NCBI GenBank assembly: GCA_964449145.1
Contig: CAYUYF010000006.1
Coordinates: forward strand, 2,847-66,846
Direction of reading: 5' to 3'
Length of the DNA stretch: 64,000 bases
Source: an uncultured Gemmatimonadaceae bacterium
GTDB taxonomy: Bacteria; Gemmatimonadota; Gemmatimonadetes; Gemmatimonadales; GWC2-71-9
Both the position numbers and the translations under genes were made by a program. A model generated the notes under the pieces. The model had not been told where the DNA came from and did no database searches. It saw only the letters and a program-made list of their open reading frames with translations. Below, piece by piece: positions 44,905-53,646 of this stretch (its first letter is position 1; the number at the start of each line of letters is the position of its first letter).

Positions 44905-46271
44905 GCCGGCCTCCCGGCCCCAGGCGCGGTGGCGCGCTGGACCAGCGCGGTCAGCCGGGTGCGGGCGTCCTCATAGTTGGATCCCTCATCGGCGCTCTGC
45001 CGCAGGAACCGGATCATCTCCTCACGGCTGGTCACCGCGGCATCGGCCAGTTTGTCGGCACCCGGCTTGTAGGCGCCGACGGCAATCAGATCCTCGTTGG
45101 CGCGATAGGCCGCCTCGAGGCGCAGGAAGGTGTTGGCCTGCTGCAGGTGATCGGCGCTGATCACGGCGTCCCGGACGCGGCTCACGCTTTCCAGCACGTC
45201 GATCGCGGGGAACTGCTTCTGCGCCGCCAGGCGGCGGGTCAGGACGATATGCCCATCGAGAATCGAACGGGCGGCGTCGGCCACCGGCTCGTTGAAGTCG
45301 TCGCCCTCGACCAGCACCGTGTAGAGCCCGGTGATACTGCCTCGCCGTCCGGTGCCGGCCCGCTCCAGCAGCCGCGGCAGCTGGGCAAACACCGATGGCG
45401 GATAGCCCTTGGTGGCCGGCGGCTCACCGACAGAAAGCCCCATTTCTCGCCAGGCCATGCAGACGCGGGTCACGGAATCCATCATCAGGACCACGTCCTT
45501 GCCCGCATCGCGGAAGTACTCGGCGATCGCGGTGGCGACGAAGGCACCGGTGGCCCGGATCACTGCCGGCTGGTCGCTCGTGGCGACAACCACTACCGAC
45601 CGGCGCAGGCCCTCCGGCCCGAGGTCGCGTTCGATGAACTCGCGCACCTCCCGGCCTCGTTCGCCGAGCAAGGCGATGACATTGACCTCGGCGGTGGCCC
45701 GGCGGGCGATCATCCCGAGGAGGACGCTCTTGCCCACTCCCGAACCGGCCATGATCCCGATGCGCTGGCCCCGGCCCAGGGTGATCAGCCCGTCAATCGC
45801 ACGGACTCCAGTGCCGAGCGGGCGCTCGATGCGACTCCGTTCAAGCGGATGCGGGGGTTCCGCCGACAGGGCGTACCGGGTAGCCGGGCCAATGTCACCC
45901 AGGCCGTCAATCGGGCGCCCGAGCCCATCCAGCACCCGGCCCACCAGGCCGTCACCGGCCGTCACGTCCAGCCCGCGCCCCAGCGGCCGTACGGTGGCTC
46001 CGGGGTGAATCCCCTCCAGTTCTCCGAGGGGCATCAGCAGGATGCCCCGTTCGTGAAAGCCGACGACCTGACTGGTCACGCGCGGGCGTCCATGACTCTC
46101 GATCCGGCAGAGTTCGCCGAGGGCCACGTCCACGGAGCTGGCCTCGACGACCTGACCGATCACCCGCGTGACGCGGCCGTGCACCGCGAAGCGAGGCGAT
46201 TCACGCACCCGTTCCGCGGCGGCCTCGGTCCGTTCCAGCAGGGATCGCTCAGTCATTGCGCATCCGGGCAT
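44901..46271 (-). CDS. fliI: Flagellum-specific ATPase FliI
   Basis: Walker A GSGVGKS, Walker B VVLMMDSVTR, and the F1/T3SS ATPase fold throughout. The start could instead be ATG 46256. Confidence 0.96.
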   Translation of the reverse strand: MPGCAMTERSLLERTEAAAERVRESPRFAVHGRVTRVIGQVVEASSVDVALGELCRIESHGRPRVTSQVVGFHERGILLMPLGELEGIHPGATVRPLGRGLDVTAGDGLVGRVLDGLGRPIDGLGDIGPATRYALSAEPPHPLERSRIERPLGTGVRAIDGLITLGRGQRIGIMAGSGVGKSVLLGMIARRATAEVNVIALLGERGREVREFIERDLGPEGLRRSVVVVATSDQPAVIRATGAFVATAIAEYFRDAGKDVVLMMDSVTRVCMAWREMGLSVGEPPATKGYPPSVFAQLPRLLERAGTGRRGSITGLYTVLVEGDDFNEPVADAARSILDGHIVLTRRLAAQKQFPAIDVLESVSRVRDAVISADHLQQANTFLRLEAAYRANEDLIAVGAYKPGADKLADAAVTSREEMIRFLRQSADEGSNYEDARTRLTALVQRATAPGAGRPA

Positions 46272-46860
46272 AGAGTTCTGTCAGCGCCAGGTCTACTCGA
46301 CCATCCACGACCCGATGCGGAGTCTCCAGGGTGCACCCGCCCCGTTCCACCTCCTGGTCGGATACCCACTGGATCTCGGCCGCACGATCGCCCTCCAGGG
46401 TGGGATCGAGCTGGCCCCGGAGCACGGTCAGGTCGTCGGGATTGACGTGGATCTCCACCCGGGCGCCAACGGGGAACGCTTCCAGCCCGCGACGGACGAG
46501 GTCGCGCACGACGGTGGGGTCGGCGGCAACCTCCCGCTGGATCAGATGCCGGGCCACCGCGAGGGCCAGGAGGTACACACTGTCCTCCAGTTCCCGGACC
46601 AGGCCGAGGCGGGCGGCATCGAGTGCCTCCGCGGTCGAGACCAGCAGGGTTGCCGCCCGCTTGATCGTGCGCTCGGCTTCCTCCAGTGCCTCCGCCCGGC
46701 CCACCTGCACTCCGCGCGCGTAGCCCTCGGCGGCCGGGTCGGGAACCCCGGCAGGGACGGCCCCGCCGGCGGCCGCGCGGCCGGCCAGTTCTGGCAGCGG
46801 CCAGAGGGCAAACCGCGCCGTGGGCGGCGCGGTCCCCGGCGCCTCAGGCGATGACCTCAT
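46249..46860 (-). CDS. fliH: Flagellar export protein FliH
   Basis: FliH/YscL-like C-terminal region (LALAVARHLIQREVAADPTVVRDLVRRGL...VEIHVNPDD). ATG 46860 follows GGAG and overlaps the end of fliG. The 47007 alternative lies deep inside fliG. Confidence 0.7.
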   Translation of the reverse strand: MRSSPEAPGTAPPTARFALWPLPELAGRAAAGGAVPAGVPDPAAEGYARGVQVGRAEALEEAERTIKRAATLLVSTAEALDAARLGLVRELEDSVYLLALAVARHLIQREVAADPTVVRDLVRRGLEAFPVGARVEIHVNPDDLTVLRGQLDPTLEGDRAAEIQWVSDQEVERGGCTLETPHRVVDGRVDLALTELYARMRND

Positions 46861-47863
46861 CTTCTCCACCGCGCCCGCCAAGGATGATCTCCCCGGCCTC
46901 CTCCAGAGAACGCACGGCGGAGATGATCCGAGTCTGCGCCGCTTCGACGTCCTTGACCCGGACCGGGCCGAGGAACTCCATCTCCTCCACCAGCGCCGCC
47001 GCGGCACGCTCGGACATGTTCTTCATGATGTGCTGCTTCAATTCGTCGCTCGCCGCCTTCAGGGCCAGCGCCAGCTCCTTGCTGTCCACGTCCCGCAGGA
47101 TCCGCTGCATGGCCTTTCCATCGAGGGTCGTCAGGTCCTCGAAGGAGAACATCAGGTTGGTGATCTGCTGGGCCATTTCGTGATTGCGCTGCGTAATGGA
47201 TTCCAGGATGGCCTTCTCGGTCATGGTGTTGGCCAGGGTCAGCACCTTGGCCACCGCCGCCGGGCCGCCGGAGAGCGTCATTTCCTGGGAGAGGGTCAGG
47301 TCGGTCTTGCTGGACAGCCCGGCCTCCACCATCGCCAGCATCTCGGGCGCGACCTTCTCCATGCGGGCCACCCGGTAGAGCACGTCGCTGGCCAGCTCGG
47401 TATCCATCACTTCGATGACCGCGGCTCCCTGCTTGAGGTCCAGGTGCGCCATGATGAGCGCGAGCGTCTGGGGGTGCTCCCCGCGCAGCACGCTGAGCAG
47501 CACCTCCGGGGCGGCCTTCTTGAGCTTCTTGAGCCCGGTGTCGGTCAGCTGCTCCTTGATCCGGTCCAGAATGGGCCGGGCCTTCTGGACCCCGAACGAT
47601 GATTCCAGGATCTCGTTGGCGCGGCTGAGACCACCCTCGGAGAGGGACTGGACCGCCTTGGCCACCTGGCGGTACTCCAGCAACACCTCCTCGACGGTGC
47701 GGGTGTCCGCCATCGGCATGGCGGCGATTTCCTTGGTGACCGCCTCGACCTGCTCAGGCCCGAGCAGCTGCATGACCCGTGAAGCGACGTCCGTCCCGAG
47801 CGACATGCACAGGACAGCGGCCTTTTGGGCTCCCGTGAGCGGGTCCTTCGTGGCCGTGGCCAT
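46844..47863 (-). CDS. fliG: Flagellar rotor protein FliG
   Basis: LTGAQKAAVLCMSLG, the EHPQTLALIMAHL motif, and the C-terminal torque helix region MSERAAAALVEEME. Confidence 0.95.
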   Translation of the reverse strand: MATATKDPLTGAQKAAVLCMSLGTDVASRVMQLLGPEQVEAVTKEIAAMPMADTRTVEEVLLEYRQVAKAVQSLSEGGLSRANEILESSFGVQKARPILDRIKEQLTDTGLKKLKKAAPEVLLSVLRGEHPQTLALIMAHLDLKQGAAVIEVMDTELASDVLYRVARMEKVAPEMLAMVEAGLSSKTDLTLSQEMTLSGGPAAVAKVLTLANTMTEKAILESITQRNHEMAQQITNLMFSFEDLTTLDGKAMQRILRDVDSKELALALKAASDELKQHIMKNMSERAAAALVEEMEFLGPVRVKDVEAAQTRIISAVRSLEEAGEIILGGRGGEDEVIA

Positions 47864-49371
47864 CAGCCCTCGGTAAGCCAGGTCTTGACGACAGAGGCAG
47901 CCATTTCAGGCCGCTGGGTGGACTCCGACTGCACTTCGTGCTTGAGGCGACTGGTGGTGGCGCTGAGCGCGGGCACCCGCACCGGCGGCAATTCCGGCTC
48001 GGACTCCGAGCCCGTCATCAGCCCTCCGGTGCCCGGTCCGGCGGCGAGACTTCCCCCGCCGCCGCCGACGGGCTTGAGGACTCTCAGCCCGAGAATCAGC
48101 GCCGCGATGATCCCGACCAGCCCGATCAGCGGCCGGCTGAAGCGGTCTGCGATCACCAGCACCTGGCCCCCGCCTCCCGCGGGCGGCGGGGCGGAGTCGG
48201 CGCCCAGGACGATCGCCTCAAACGGCATGGCGGCCACGGTAATGCGGTCCCCCCGGGTGCTGTCGAGCCCGATGGCGTCCCGCACCACCTGTTCGTAGCG
48301 GGCCAGCTCCGTGGCCTGGTCGGCGCCGGGGGCAATACGGGCAATCGCCTTGTCGTTGACCAGAACAGCCACGGTGAGCCGTTCGATGCCGCCCACCGAA
48401 CCGGCGACCTTCTCCACCACCCGCGAGTTGAGGTAGCTGTTGTTCACCACGGTCGCGCTGCCACCCTCGAGGCTGTCGGCGCCGACAGTCTCGCTCCGCT
48501 GCTCGTTCTGGAGCACGGCGCCATCGGGGTTGTAGGTCTCGACCGTCTTGTCCACTTGTTCGAAGTTGAGCCGCGCCGAGACCTGCACCCGGGCCTCGCT
48601 CGGGCCGAGCGCGGTGGCCAGGATCCGCTCGGCGCTCTGTTCCAGGTAGTCCTCGACCGATCGCTGCATTTCCAGCTGACGCGAGGTGAGGCCGCGGGCG
48701 CTGCCGTCGCTGGGCGCGCTGAGCAGCCGCATGTCGCTGTCGAGCACGGCGACCTGCTCGCCCGAAAGCTGCGGCACCGCGTTGGCCACCAGGTAGGTGA
48801 TCCCGGCCACCGCCTCGGCGCTCAGTACCCGTCCCCCCCGCAGGGTCACCACGACGGAGGCCTTGGCGGGCCGTTCGAGCTTGCGGAGCGGGCTCGACTC
48901 GGAGAGCCCGAGGTGAACCACCGCCTTCTCGACGCCGTGGAACCCGCCGATGGTGCGGGCCAGTTCTCCTTCCAGCGCCCGGCGTTCCAGCACCCGCATC
49001 TCCTGGTCGGTCTTGCCCCAGGTCGGTGCGTCGTAGAGTTCATCGCCCTTCTTGCCGCCCTCGGTCGGCAGGCCGTCCTGGGCCAGCAGCACCCGGGCGC
49101 GGGCGACCGCGCCCACGTCCACCAGGATCTCGCTGCCGCCACCCGCCAGCTCATAGCGGATGCCATTCTTCTGCAGCAGGTCGCTCATCTCCCCTGCCTC
49201 ACGCAGGTCCAGTCCGCCATAGAGCGTCACCAGCGAGGGCGCGGAGCCGAAGCGGGCGACCGCCCAGATGGCGCCGACGGCCACCAGCAGGCCACCCAGC
49301 GTCAGGAACCGGGTGGTGCCGTTCATTCGGCGGACTCCGTCGAGCATGGCGGGCGGCAGGGCGTTGGTCAT
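47863..49371 (-). CDS. fliF: Flagellar MS-ring protein FliF
   Basis: N-terminal transmembrane segment, ring-building motifs (ARARVLLAQDGLP, EGELARTI), and a second transmembrane segment near the C-terminus. 502 aa. Confidence 0.93.
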   Translation of the reverse strand: MTNALPPAMLDGVRRMNGTTRFLTLGGLLVAVGAIWAVARFGSAPSLVTLYGGLDLREAGEMSDLLQKNGIRYELAGGGSEILVDVGAVARARVLLAQDGLPTEGGKKGDELYDAPTWGKTDQEMRVLERRALEGELARTIGGFHGVEKAVVHLGLSESSPLRKLERPAKASVVVTLRGGRVLSAEAVAGITYLVANAVPQLSGEQVAVLDSDMRLLSAPSDGSARGLTSRQLEMQRSVEDYLEQSAERILATALGPSEARVQVSARLNFEQVDKTVETYNPDGAVLQNEQRSETVGADSLEGGSATVVNNSYLNSRVVEKVAGSVGGIERLTVAVLVNDKAIARIAPGADQATELARYEQVVRDAIGLDSTRGDRITVAAMPFEAIVLGADSAPPPAGGGGQVLVIADRFSRPLIGLVGIIAALILGLRVLKPVGGGGGSLAAGPGTGGLMTGSESEPELPPVRVPALSATTSRLKHEVQSESTQRPEMAASVVKTWLTEG

Positions 49372-49394
49372 CGTTCAAGGGCTCGGGGATCGCG

Positions 49395-49700
49395 TCAGAC
49401 CTGAATGTTCATGACGGTGCGATAGGCATCGGTCAGCTTGTTGCGCATTTCCACCAGCATTTCCAGCGCGATACCGGCCTCTTCGCTCGCCGCCATCACC
49501 TGGTGCAGCTCCACCGGCTCGCCGCGGACGAACGCCGCGATGATGTCCTCGGCGTCCTGCTGCACCCGCTGGGTGTCTCCCACCACCCGCGAGAGCGTGT
49601 CGGCGAACGAGGGCCCCCCGGCCTCGGTGGGCGACAGGCGTTCCACCGCCCGGTCGAGCGGCGTGAAGCGCGGACCATCCGGCCGGATCGGGGCGGACAT
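49395..49700 (-). CDS. fliE: Flagellar hook-basal body protein FliE
   Basis: SFADTLSRVV...VELHQVMAASEEAGIALEMLVEMRNKLTDAYRTVMNI is the FliE C-terminal signature. Confidence 0.85.
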   Translation of the reverse strand: MSAPIRPDGPRFTPLDRAVERLSPTEAGGPSFADTLSRVVGDTQRVQQDAEDIIAAFVRGEPVELHQVMAASEEAGIALEMLVEMRNKLTDAYRTVMNIQV

Positions 49701-49703
49701 GCC

Positions 49704-49997
49704 TCAGCCCTGCACGTCGAGCCGGAGCCCGCGAGGGGCGTCGGGCGTGAGCCCAGCCTTCCGGCCCGGACCGTAGGTGATCGGGCCGAGTGCGGCGATC
49801 TGATCGAAGTAGGCGCGCTCCTCCGCGTTCAGGACCGAGCGGAGATCTGCCGGACCCGCCGCGGCCTGGGCCGCCGCGCCCCCGGACTCGCCGGCGGGTG
49901 CCGTCGGCGCGGCAGGCGGTTTCGGGGGCAGGCCGTAGGCCCGCCCCACCCGTGAGGCCGCGGGAGCAGCAGGCGGCAGGGAGCCGGGAATTCGCAT
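49704..49997 (-). CDS. Hypothetical 97-aa Pro/Ala-rich protein inserted between flgC and fliE
   Basis: ATG 49997 lies 2 nt after the flgC stop. The ORF has high GC3 and fills the otherwise unexplained 300-bp flgC-fliE gap. Its C-terminal motif is LNAEERAYFDQIAALGPITYGP. Confidence 0.45.
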   Translation of the reverse strand: MRIPGSLPPAAPAASRVGRAYGLPPKPPAAPTAPAGESGGAAAQAAAGPADLRSVLNAEERAYFDQIAALGPITYGPGRKAGLTPDAPRGLRLDVQG

Positions 49998-49999
49998 CG

Positions 50000-50434
50000 T
50001 CAGATCTCGATCGCGCGTCGGAGCATGGCCTTGGCCGCCTGGAACACGGTGGCATTGGCTTCGTGGACCCGCCGCGCAATCATCAGGTCCACGATCTCGG
50101 TGTTGATGTCGACGTTCGGGCGCTTCACAAAGCCATTGGGGTCGGCATCGGGATGGCCGGGGTTGTACTCCTCCGAGCCGGGACGGGTGTCCTGCACCAC
50201 CTCCCCTGCGCGCACCCCACCCTTCCCGTCGGGCTGGAAGACCACGACCTGGCGCCGGTACGGACCGCCCTCGGGCGTCCGGGTCGTCTCGGCGTTGGCG
50301 ATGTTCTGCGAGATGATGTCGAGTGCCCGGCTCATCGCACCCATGCCGCCGCCGGGCGTACCCAGCGGCTTGAGCAGCGACTTCACGGGGCGCGGCGGCC
50401 AAAGCCCGCCGCCCGGTCCGAAGATCCTAGCCAC
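50000..50434 (-). CDS. flgC: Flagellar proximal rod protein FlgC
   Basis: ALDIISQNIANAETTRTPEGGPYRRQ and a C-terminus VDINTEIVDLMIARRVHEANATVFQ. Confidence 0.9.
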   Translation of the reverse strand: MARIFGPGGGLWPPRPVKSLLKPLGTPGGGMGAMSRALDIISQNIANAETTRTPEGGPYRRQVVVFQPDGKGGVRAGEVVQDTRPGSEEYNPGHPDADPNGFVKRPNVDINTEIVDLMIARRVHEANATVFQAAKAMLRRAIEI

Positions 50435-50720
50435 GATCGCGAATGGCGGTCCGGAGCCCCTGATACGCCGCCGACAGGAGCTTGGCGCTCGCGTCGTAGC
50501 GCAGCTGAGTGCTGGCCAGATTCACCATCTCCACTTCGAGGTCCACCTTGGGGTGGTTCGCCTCCTGGTCCGCCATGGCCTGGTCGAAGTCGGCGTTGCC
50601 GCTTCCCCCAACCGCGCCGGCCACCCGGCTGGCGATGCCGCGCTGCGTCCGGCTGGAATCGTCCAGACTCCAGCGCAGCTGCCCGATCTTGGATTGTGCC
50701 CCGAACAGTGACGAGAACAT
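50427..50720 (-). CDS. flgB: Flagellar proximal rod protein FlgB (short, divergent N-terminal motif)
   Basis: The C-terminus VDLEVEMVNLASTQLRYDASAKLLSAAYQGLRTAI is FlgB-like. ATG 50720 fits the sigma54 promoter about 37 nt upstream. The ORF-track extension to 51104 looks non-coding. Confidence 0.7.
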   Translation of the reverse strand: MFSSLFGAQSKIGQLRWSLDDSSRTQRGIASRVAGAVGGSGNADFDQAMADQEANHPKVDLEVEMVNLASTQLRYDASAKLLSAAYQGLRTAIRDRG

Positions 50721-50756
50721 CCGGCCCCCGACGCGGTGAGAATGTCCTCGGAGAAA

Positions 50757-50771
50757 GCAATCGCGGTGCCG
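50757..50771 (-). promoter_or_regulatory. Candidate sigma54 promoter for the flgB-...-flgE operon
   Basis: The minus strand reads CGGCAC-CGCGA-TTGC-T with GG-N10-GC spacing. It shares the GGCAC-NGCGA-TTGC layout of the flgF candidate. Confidence 0.55.
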
Positions 50772-51074
50772 CATGGAGAACCGAGGCCGGTCACAGGCCC
50801 TGCGGCGGCGCGAAGACACTACCTGACAATGACTTAGGCGAAGTACCGGGCCCGGGAGAATCGGCTCGCGGCGATGGCTGGTGGGGAGACAGGCGGAAGA
50901 GGCGGGCGGAGACCTCGGCAGATTCTTCCGGCGACCGACGCAGTGGGACTGGCCCGCCCAAGGGTGGTTCGCTTCTGAGGATGACGCTTGGTTACGGCGG
51001 AGAGGGCCCGGGGACGTGAACCCGGAACCCTCGGTGGGAGGGCAGTGGGACCGGGAGCAGGATCGAGTGCCTCG

Positions 51075-51101
51075 GCGCGGCCGGCCGCTGGCCGGCTGCG
51101 C
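51075..51101 (-). terminator. GC-rich hairpin downstream of the sigma54 activator gene
   Basis: GCGCGGCCGGCC-GCT-GGCCGGCTGCGC forms a 12-position stem with one non-Watson-Crick pair, 24 nt after the stop. There is no U-tract. Confidence 0.3.
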
Positions 51102-51124
51102 CAAACACGGCGCGGACCCTAAGC

Positions 51125-52573
51125 CTAGTTGGAGGACTCGCTGGCGGCGGAGACTTCCTTGGGTGAGTTGAGCTTGTTGCGGAGGGTCCGCTCGCTGATA
51201 CCGAGCAGTTTGGCGGCCCGAGTGCGATTGCCGCCGGTGGCGACCAGCGCACGCCCGATGGCCACGCGTTCCAGCTCATCGAGGTTGAAGGCATCGGTCG
51301 GTCCGGCGGGCGAGTCCGCCTGGGGGGCGTTGCTGCTGGCAACGAGCGATGCGACCGTGGCCGGGCGCGCAGCGGTCCCCGGGAACACCCCCGGCCGGGC
51401 ACTCATCGCGTCGAGGATGCCCTGGAAGGCCTCGGCGCGCAACACCCCGCCGCGAGAGAGGATGACCCCGCGCTCGACGGCGTTCGCCAATTCTCTCACG
51501 TTGCCGGGCCACACGTGGCGAAGCAGCAACTCGATGGCCTCCGGTGCCACCCCGGTGACGGTGACACCGATATCCTCGGCAGCGCGGCGGGCAAAGTGCT
51601 GCACCAGCGTCGGGATGTCGTCGAGCCGGTCGCGGAGAGGCGGCGTGCGGATCGGCACGACATTGAGACGGTAGAACAGGTCGGTACGGAAGCGGCCGGC
51701 ATCGGCCTCGGTCTTGAGGTCGCGATTGGTGGTGGCGACGAGCCGGACATCCACCCGGATGGCCTGATGCCCGCCGACCCGTTCGAACTCATGCTCCTGG
51801 ATCACCCGCAGCAGCTTCGACTGCAGATCCAGTCGCATCTCGGAGATCTCATCCAGCAGCAGCGTGCCGCCGTGCGCCCGTTCAAAGGCGCCCGCGGTCC
51901 GCATGGTGGCGCCGGTAAACGCGCCCTTCTCATGCCCGAACAGGGCGCTCTCGACCAGGCCCTCCGGCATGGCAGCGCAGTTCATGGAGATGAACGGACC
52001 GTCGCGCCGGGGGCTCTGGTCGTGGATGGCGCGCGCGAACAGCTCCTTGCCGGTGCCCGACTCTCCCTCCAGCAGCACCGTGGCCTTGGTGGGTGCCACG
52101 GTGGCAATGGTCTCCATGACGCGGCGGAACTGGGGGCTCTCTCCCACAAGGGCCCGGGTCGAACGGAACTTGTTGATCTCGCGACGGAACTGCTCGTTTT
52201 CTCTCCGCAGCCGCATGACCTCCAGCGCCTGCGTCACGGCGATCTCCAGCGTCTCGGGACGCACCGGCTTGGTCAGGTAGTCAATGGCCCCGGACTTAAT
52301 GGAGATCACGGCATGCTCGATACTGGAGTAGCCGGTCATGATGATCACGGGGACCTGGTAGCCCTCCTTCTCCAGCATGCCGAGCAGGTCCAGCCCGGTG
52401 GCCTTGGGCATCCGGTAGTCGGCAATGATCAGGTCAATGGGGGTCCGGGTGACGGTCTTGAGGGCCTCCTCGACGCTGGAGGCGAGCAATGGCCGGTGCC
52501 CGATTTTGGTGAGGTGATGTTCCAGCACGACGCCGGTGGCCGGTTCGTCGTCTACGCACAGGATAGTAGCCAT
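51125..52573 (-). CDS. Sigma54-dependent response regulator (NtrC family; FlrC/FleR/FlbD-like flagellar activator)
   Basis: REC (ILCVDDEP...IADYRMPKATG...TKP), an AAA+ domain with GESGTGKE and GAFTGA, and a C-terminal Fis-type HTH (GNRTRAAKLLGISERTLRNKL). Start set at ATG 52573. Confidence 0.93.
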   Translation of the reverse strand: MATILCVDDEPATGVVLEHHLTKIGHRPLLASSVEEALKTVTRTPIDLIIADYRMPKATGLDLLGMLEKEGYQVPVIIMTGYSSIEHAVISIKSGAIDYLTKPVRPETLEIAVTQALEVMRLRRENEQFRREINKFRSTRALVGESPQFRRVMETIATVAPTKATVLLEGESGTGKELFARAIHDQSPRRDGPFISMNCAAMPEGLVESALFGHEKGAFTGATMRTAGAFERAHGGTLLLDEISEMRLDLQSKLLRVIQEHEFERVGGHQAIRVDVRLVATTNRDLKTEADAGRFRTDLFYRLNVVPIRTPPLRDRLDDIPTLVQHFARRAAEDIGVTVTGVAPEAIELLLRHVWPGNVRELANAVERGVILSRGGVLRAEAFQGILDAMSARPGVFPGTAARPATVASLVASSNAPQADSPAGPTDAFNLDELERVAIGRALVATGGNRTRAAKLLGISERTLRNKLNSPKEVSAASESSN

Positions 52574-52712
52574 GTCCCCCAACCCGCTCCGAGAGGATAG
52601 TTGACAGCCCCCACACCCCAAGACGGCCGCCTATATAAGAGGAAGGCTGTCGGCAGGGGGGACCGACGAGCGCCTGGCGTGTCGATTTGGGTCTGGGTCC
52701 AACGGTCTGGCC

Positions 52713-52740
52713 TAAAGTCTGCCTCCAATGTAGCCGATAC
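52713..52740 (+). promoter_or_regulatory. Candidate sigma28 promoter for flgL-fliW(-glycosyltransferase)
   Basis: TAAAGTCT-N12-GCCGATAC, about 34 nt upstream of flgL ATG 52774. Confidence 0.6.
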
Positions 52741-52773
52741 GGCAATTATTACCACCCTTTCGTCAGGTCGAGA

Positions 52774-53646
52774 ATGCGGATCTCCAATAGCCTGCTCCAA
52801 CAGAATGTCCTGCGTCAGCTCCAAGGCAATCTGTCCCAGCTCGCCGAGGCCCAGGCCCAGGCGGCCTCGGGCAAGCGATTCGACCGGATGAGCCAGGACC
52901 CCATCGCCGGCACCCAGGTCCTGACGGCGGACCGGGGCCTGCGCGCCATCGACCAGTACCGGCGGAATACCATCGCCGCGCGCTCCCGGACCGACGCCGA
53001 GGAGTCTGTCCTGGGCCAGATCACGGACCTCCTTGCCCGGGCCAAGGAACTCGCCCTCCAGGAGGGGTCTGCGGGCGGCACCGCCATGACCCGGGCGGCC
53101 GCGCGGACGGAAGTGGACCGGATTCTGGAACAGGTGGTCGCCCTGGGCAACACCCAGGTCGGCACCGAATACCTGTTTGCGGGTCACCAGGTGTCCACCC
53201 AGCCGTTCGACGGCGCCGGCGCCTACTGGGGCGACGACGGGCAGCGCAATGCGGAGATCGGCCGCGACTACCGGATGGTGACCAACCACACCGGCCGGGA
53301 GCTCCTCGTCACCAGCGGGGTCATCTCCAGCCTGCAGGCGCTCAGCACCGAGCTGGGCAACGGCAACCCGCCCGCCATCGGCCTGACCGCGTTCGCGCTC
53401 GACAGCGCCTTCAACGCCACCCAGACGCTGCTCGTCACCAACGGCGCCCGGGTGCGCCAGATCGACACCGCCATGCAAAACTCCGACGCGCTGGAGACCA
53501 GCCTGATCCTGCGCCGCAGCGAGGCCCAGGACATCGACCTCGAGGCGGCGACGACCCACTTCGTGGGAGTGCAGAACACGCTGCAGGCGGCGCTGCTCTC
53601 CGCCTCGCGCGTGTTGAGCACCACGCTCACCGATTATCTCCGGTGA
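52774..53646 (+). CDS. flgL: Flagellar hook-associated protein 3 FlgL
   Basis: N-terminus MRISNSLLQQNVLRQLQGNLSQLAEAQAQAASGKRFDRMSQDP, and a flagellin-like C-terminus. Start moved from TTG 52687 to ATG 52774. Confidence 0.88.
   Translation: MRISNSLLQQNVLRQLQGNLSQLAEAQAQAASGKRFDRMSQDPIAGTQVLTADRGLRAIDQYRRNTIAARSRTDAEESVLGQITDLLARAKELALQEGSAGGTAMTRAAARTEVDRILEQVVALGNTQVGTEYLFAGHQVSTQPFDGAGAYWGDDGQRNAEIGRDYRMVTNHTGRELLVTSGVISSLQALSTELGNGNPPAIGLTAFALDSAFNATQTLLVTNGARVRQIDTAMQNSDALETSLILRRSEAQDIDLEAATTHFVGVQNTLQAALLSASRVLSTTLTDYLR

Noticed and set aside
49704-50402. The full 232-aa ORF overlapping flgC in another frame.
   Set aside because: The upstream 135 codons lie inside flgC, which has strong family motifs, and they translate to Arg/Gly/Pro junk. 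Only the last 97 codons, from ATG 49997 just after the flgC stop, occupy otherwise empty space.
52631-52640. AT-rich box CTATATAAGA between the activator gene and flgL as a -10/TATA element.
   Set aside because: No suitably spaced -35 element exists for either direction. A weak TTGGGG-N16-TATCCT alternative exists for the activator gene. I cannot decide from the sequence alone.
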